Below, piece after piece: positions 61,669 to 64,000 of a DNA stretch of 64,000 bases (position 1 is its first letter; each line of letters opens with the position of its first letter). The stretch is taken from positions 320,001-384,000 of the forward strand of contig CAWDVP010000006.1 of assembly GCA_963805945.1 (NCBI GenBank), given 5' to 3'. Source of the stretch: Vulcanimicrobiota bacterium (GTDB taxonomy: Bacteria; Vulcanimicrobiota; Vulcanimicrobiia; Eremiobacterales; Eremiobacteraceae). Below the pieces are notes generated by a model. That model was not told where the DNA came from. It was given only the letters and a program-made list of their open reading frames with translations, and did no database searches. Both the position numbers and the translations under genes were made by a program.

Positions 61669-62451
61669 TTAGGTTTTATGAGGCTTTGCGCTCGTGCCGG
61701 ATTTCACAAGCTCGTCGCGCTGGCGGACCACTTCATAGAGCACGACCGCACCTGCGACGGCCGCGTTCAGGGATGCGACTTTTCCCCGCATGGGGATCGA
61801 GACCAGGTGATCGCAGTGCTCGGAGACCAGGCGCGACAAGCCTTTGCCCTCGGCGCCGACCACCAAAGTGGTCTTGCCCCTGAAATCGACCCCCGTGTAG
61901 GCGACCGAGCCTGGCCCTGCGGCGAGGCCGGTAACCCATTGGCCGTCTTCTTTGAGGTCTTTCAGGGCCCTCACCAAATTCGGGACGCGGCAGACGGCCA
62001 AGTGGGAGGCTGCTCCGGCGGCTGCACGGCGGGTCGACGCCGTGACGCCCGCGCTGCGCCGGTCGGGGATTATCATCGCGTGGGCCCCGGCGCTTTCGGA
62101 AGCTCGCATCAGCGAGCCGAGATTCTGCGGATCTTCTATGTGGTCGGCGACGACGACGAGCGCATCCGCGGTCGCCGCGAGCCGGCGACGCGTCTCCGGC
62201 CAATCGGCATAGCCGAACTCCGGCAGCGTGGCCGCGACGTGCTGATGGCGCGCGGCGCCGAAGCGCCGGAACCACGCCTCAGGCTCGATGCGCACCGGGA
62301 TGCCGCGGCGCTTGCTCGCTTCGACGATTTCTTTGAGGGCGGCGTCATGCTCGCGATGGCGTGCGATAGTGACGGCGCGCAGCGCTTCGCCGCCGGCGAG
62401 CGCTTCCGACACCGGATGGATGCCGACGATCGTCTCCTCATCGGCCGCCAT
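61669..62451 (-). CDS. rlmB: 23S rRNA (Gm2251) 2'-O-methyltransferase
   Basis: DPQNLG, GAEGKG, IPMRGKVASLN. Confidence 0.93.
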   Translation of the reverse strand: MAADEETIVGIHPVSEALAGGEALRAVTIARHREHDAALKEIVEASKRRGIPVRIEPEAWFRRFGAARHQHVAATLPEFGYADWPETRRRLAATADALVVVADHIEDPQNLGSLMRASESAGAHAMIIPDRRSAGVTASTRRAAAGAASHLAVCRVPNLVRALKDLKEDGQWVTGLAAGPGSVAYTGVDFRGKTTLVVGAEGKGLSRLVSEHCDHLVSIPMRGKVASLNAAVAGAVVLYEVVRQRDELVKSGTSAKPHKT

Positions 62452-63871
62452 CGACGCTCCACTCCGAGCCTTTAGCGGTGTCTTTGACCGCCACGCCAGC
62501 GCGCGCGAGCGCGTCGCGCAACTCGTCGGACTTCGCCCAGTCCTTTGCCGTGCGCGCTGCGGTCCGCCGCGCGACGACCCGCTCGACCAGCGCGGCGTCG
62601 CCGGCGACATCTTCACCTGCGGCAGCGACGAGCGCGGCGCGGTCCGCTGCGCTGAGGTGCAGCTCGGCAGCAGGCTGGGCCACCCCGGCGCTCTGCGCGT
62701 CCGGCGGCAGACCCAGGATGCGCAGGCATCGTTCGACCGCGACGGTATCAGCGCGCCCCGACTTGACGTACGTCTGCAGCCAGCCGACCGCCCCCGCGGT
62801 GTTGAGGTCGTTGTCGAGGTGCTCGCCGAACTCGGCGGGCACGGCGGCGCGCTCGACGTCGGTCGGCCGCTCCATCGAGTTCTTGAGCGCGGCGAGGTCG
62901 GCATATAATCCGCGCAGACCTTTTGCCGCCGCGTCGATCGACTCGGCGGTGAAGTTCGTCGGCTTGCGATAGCCGGTCTGCAAGAACAGGTAGCGGATGA
63001 CCGCCGCCGGGTAGCGGTCGAGCATCTGCGACAGCGGCGTGAAGTTGCCGAGCGATTTGCTCATCTTCTGTCCGTCGACGTTGAGCAATCCGGCGTGGAC
63101 CCAATACACCGCCATGGGATGCTTGCCGGTGAAACTCTCCGTCTGCGCGACCTCGTTCTCATGATGCGGGAAGATGAGGTCGGCGGCGCCGCCGTGGATG
63201 TCGATCTGATCGCCGAGAAAGCGCCGCGACATCGCCGAGCACTCGATGTGCCAGCCGGGTCTGCCCGGACCCCATGGGCTGGGCCAAGTCGGCTCGCCCG
63301 GTTTCGCCTTCTTCCACAGCGCGAAGTCGAGCCGGCCGCGCTTCTCCTCGCGCACCGCCATGCGCACGCCCGCGCGCAGCTCGTCGATGCTCTGATGGCT
63401 CAGCTCGCCGTAGCGGGGAAACACGCCTTCGTCCACCGCGAAATAGACGCCGTCGCCGGATTCGTAGGCGGCGCCCTTGCCGACCAGCCCCGCGATGATC
63501 TCTATAATGGAAGACATCTCGTGCGTGGCACGTGGTTCGACGTCCGGGGGCGTGAGGCCGAGCCGCTTAGCGCAGGCCTCATAGTCCGCGAGGTAGCGGT
63601 CCACGATCGCGTCCCAGGACACTCCCTCTTGGGCGGCACGGTCGATGATGCGGTCGTCGATGTCGGTGACGTTCTGCACGTAGGTGACGACGTAACCACG
63701 CTCGCTAAGCCAGCGCCGCAGCACGTCGAAGGTGAGAAAGGTTCGCGCGTGACCGAGATGCGGGAAGAAACTCGGCGTCATGCCGCAGACGTACATCGTC
63801 ACGCGGCCCGGGTGCAGCGGCCGGAACTCTTCGAGCGCGCTGGTCCGGCTGTTATAGAGTCTTAGTGCCAT
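62438..63871 (-). CDS. cysS: Cysteine--tRNA ligase
   Basis: [30 protein letters not shown]. Confidence 0.96.
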   Translation of the reverse strand: MALRLYNSRTSALEEFRPLHPGRVTMYVCGMTPSFFPHLGHARTFLTFDVLRRWLSERGYVVTYVQNVTDIDDRIIDRAAQEGVSWDAIVDRYLADYEACAKRLGLTPPDVEPRATHEMSSIIEIIAGLVGKGAAYESGDGVYFAVDEGVFPRYGELSHQSIDELRAGVRMAVREEKRGRLDFALWKKAKPGEPTWPSPWGPGRPGWHIECSAMSRRFLGDQIDIHGGAADLIFPHHENEVAQTESFTGKHPMAVYWVHAGLLNVDGQKMSKSLGNFTPLSQMLDRYPAAVIRYLFLQTGYRKPTNFTAESIDAAAKGLRGLYADLAALKNSMERPTDVERAAVPAEFGEHLDNDLNTAGAVGWLQTYVKSGRADTVAVERCLRILGLPPDAQSAGVAQPAAELHLSAADRAALVAAAGEDVAGDAALVERVVARRTAARTAKDWAKSDELRDALARAGVAVKDTAKGSEWSVDGGR

Positions 63872-64000
63872 CCGGCTCTTCGGACTGACGCAAGCGCGCC
63901 TCGAGCGCTTCGACGCGCTGCTGCAGCCGCACGATCGCATCGCCCTCCGGATCCGGCATATCGACGCGCGGCAGGACCGGCTCGACGTGTTTGCCGTCCT
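63852..64000 (-). CDS. cysE: Serine O-acetyltransferase C-terminal tail (partial)
   Basis: ...MPDPEGDAIVRLQQRVEALE...; cysE-cysS synteny. Confidence 0.6.
   Translation of the reverse strand, partial: DGKHVEPVLPRVDMPDPEGDAIVRLQQRVEALEARLRQSEEPDGTKTL

Overview
High-GC bacterial chromosomal window with most genes on the minus strand. The Firmicutes-like cysE-cysS-rlmB-sigH...tRNAs-tuf-rpmG-secE-nusG-rplKAJL synteny, SLH lipoprotein and many Pro/Thr-rich secreted proteins suggest a Terrabacteria lineage, possibly Vulcanimicrobiota/Ca. Eremiobacterota (inference, not tested). Housekeeping content: liv-type ABC transporter plus acyl-CoA ligase, HU, aroQ, hslO, tyrS, mutS2, gatCAB, rlmD, purA, pgeF, recX, recA, ftsY, hppA, ribosomal protein genes, 7 tRNAs, an M-box riboswitch and L1/L10 leaders. 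Most notable: (1) two tandem, diverged PilV/PilW/PilX-like minor-pilin cassettes, each preceded by CRP-like boxes; (2) a very divergent fliJ/fliM-fliY/fliO-like trio coupled to purA with no other flagellar structural genes in the window; (3) a BldC-like HTH gene coupled to a WhiG/FliA sigma factor behind phased AT-rich repeats; (4) a soluble histidine kinase with a degenerate GGDEF-like sensor that keeps RxxD; (5) two families of GTAG/GGAG REP-like palindromes, two copies lying in-frame inside genes; (6) a tufB-type tRNA cluster spread over about 18 kb by accessory insertions. Single-base indels in gatA, recA and mutS2 indicate sequencing errors, so frameshifts here should not be read as pseudogenes without checking reads. 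No integrase, transposase, CRISPR array or rRNA was seen.
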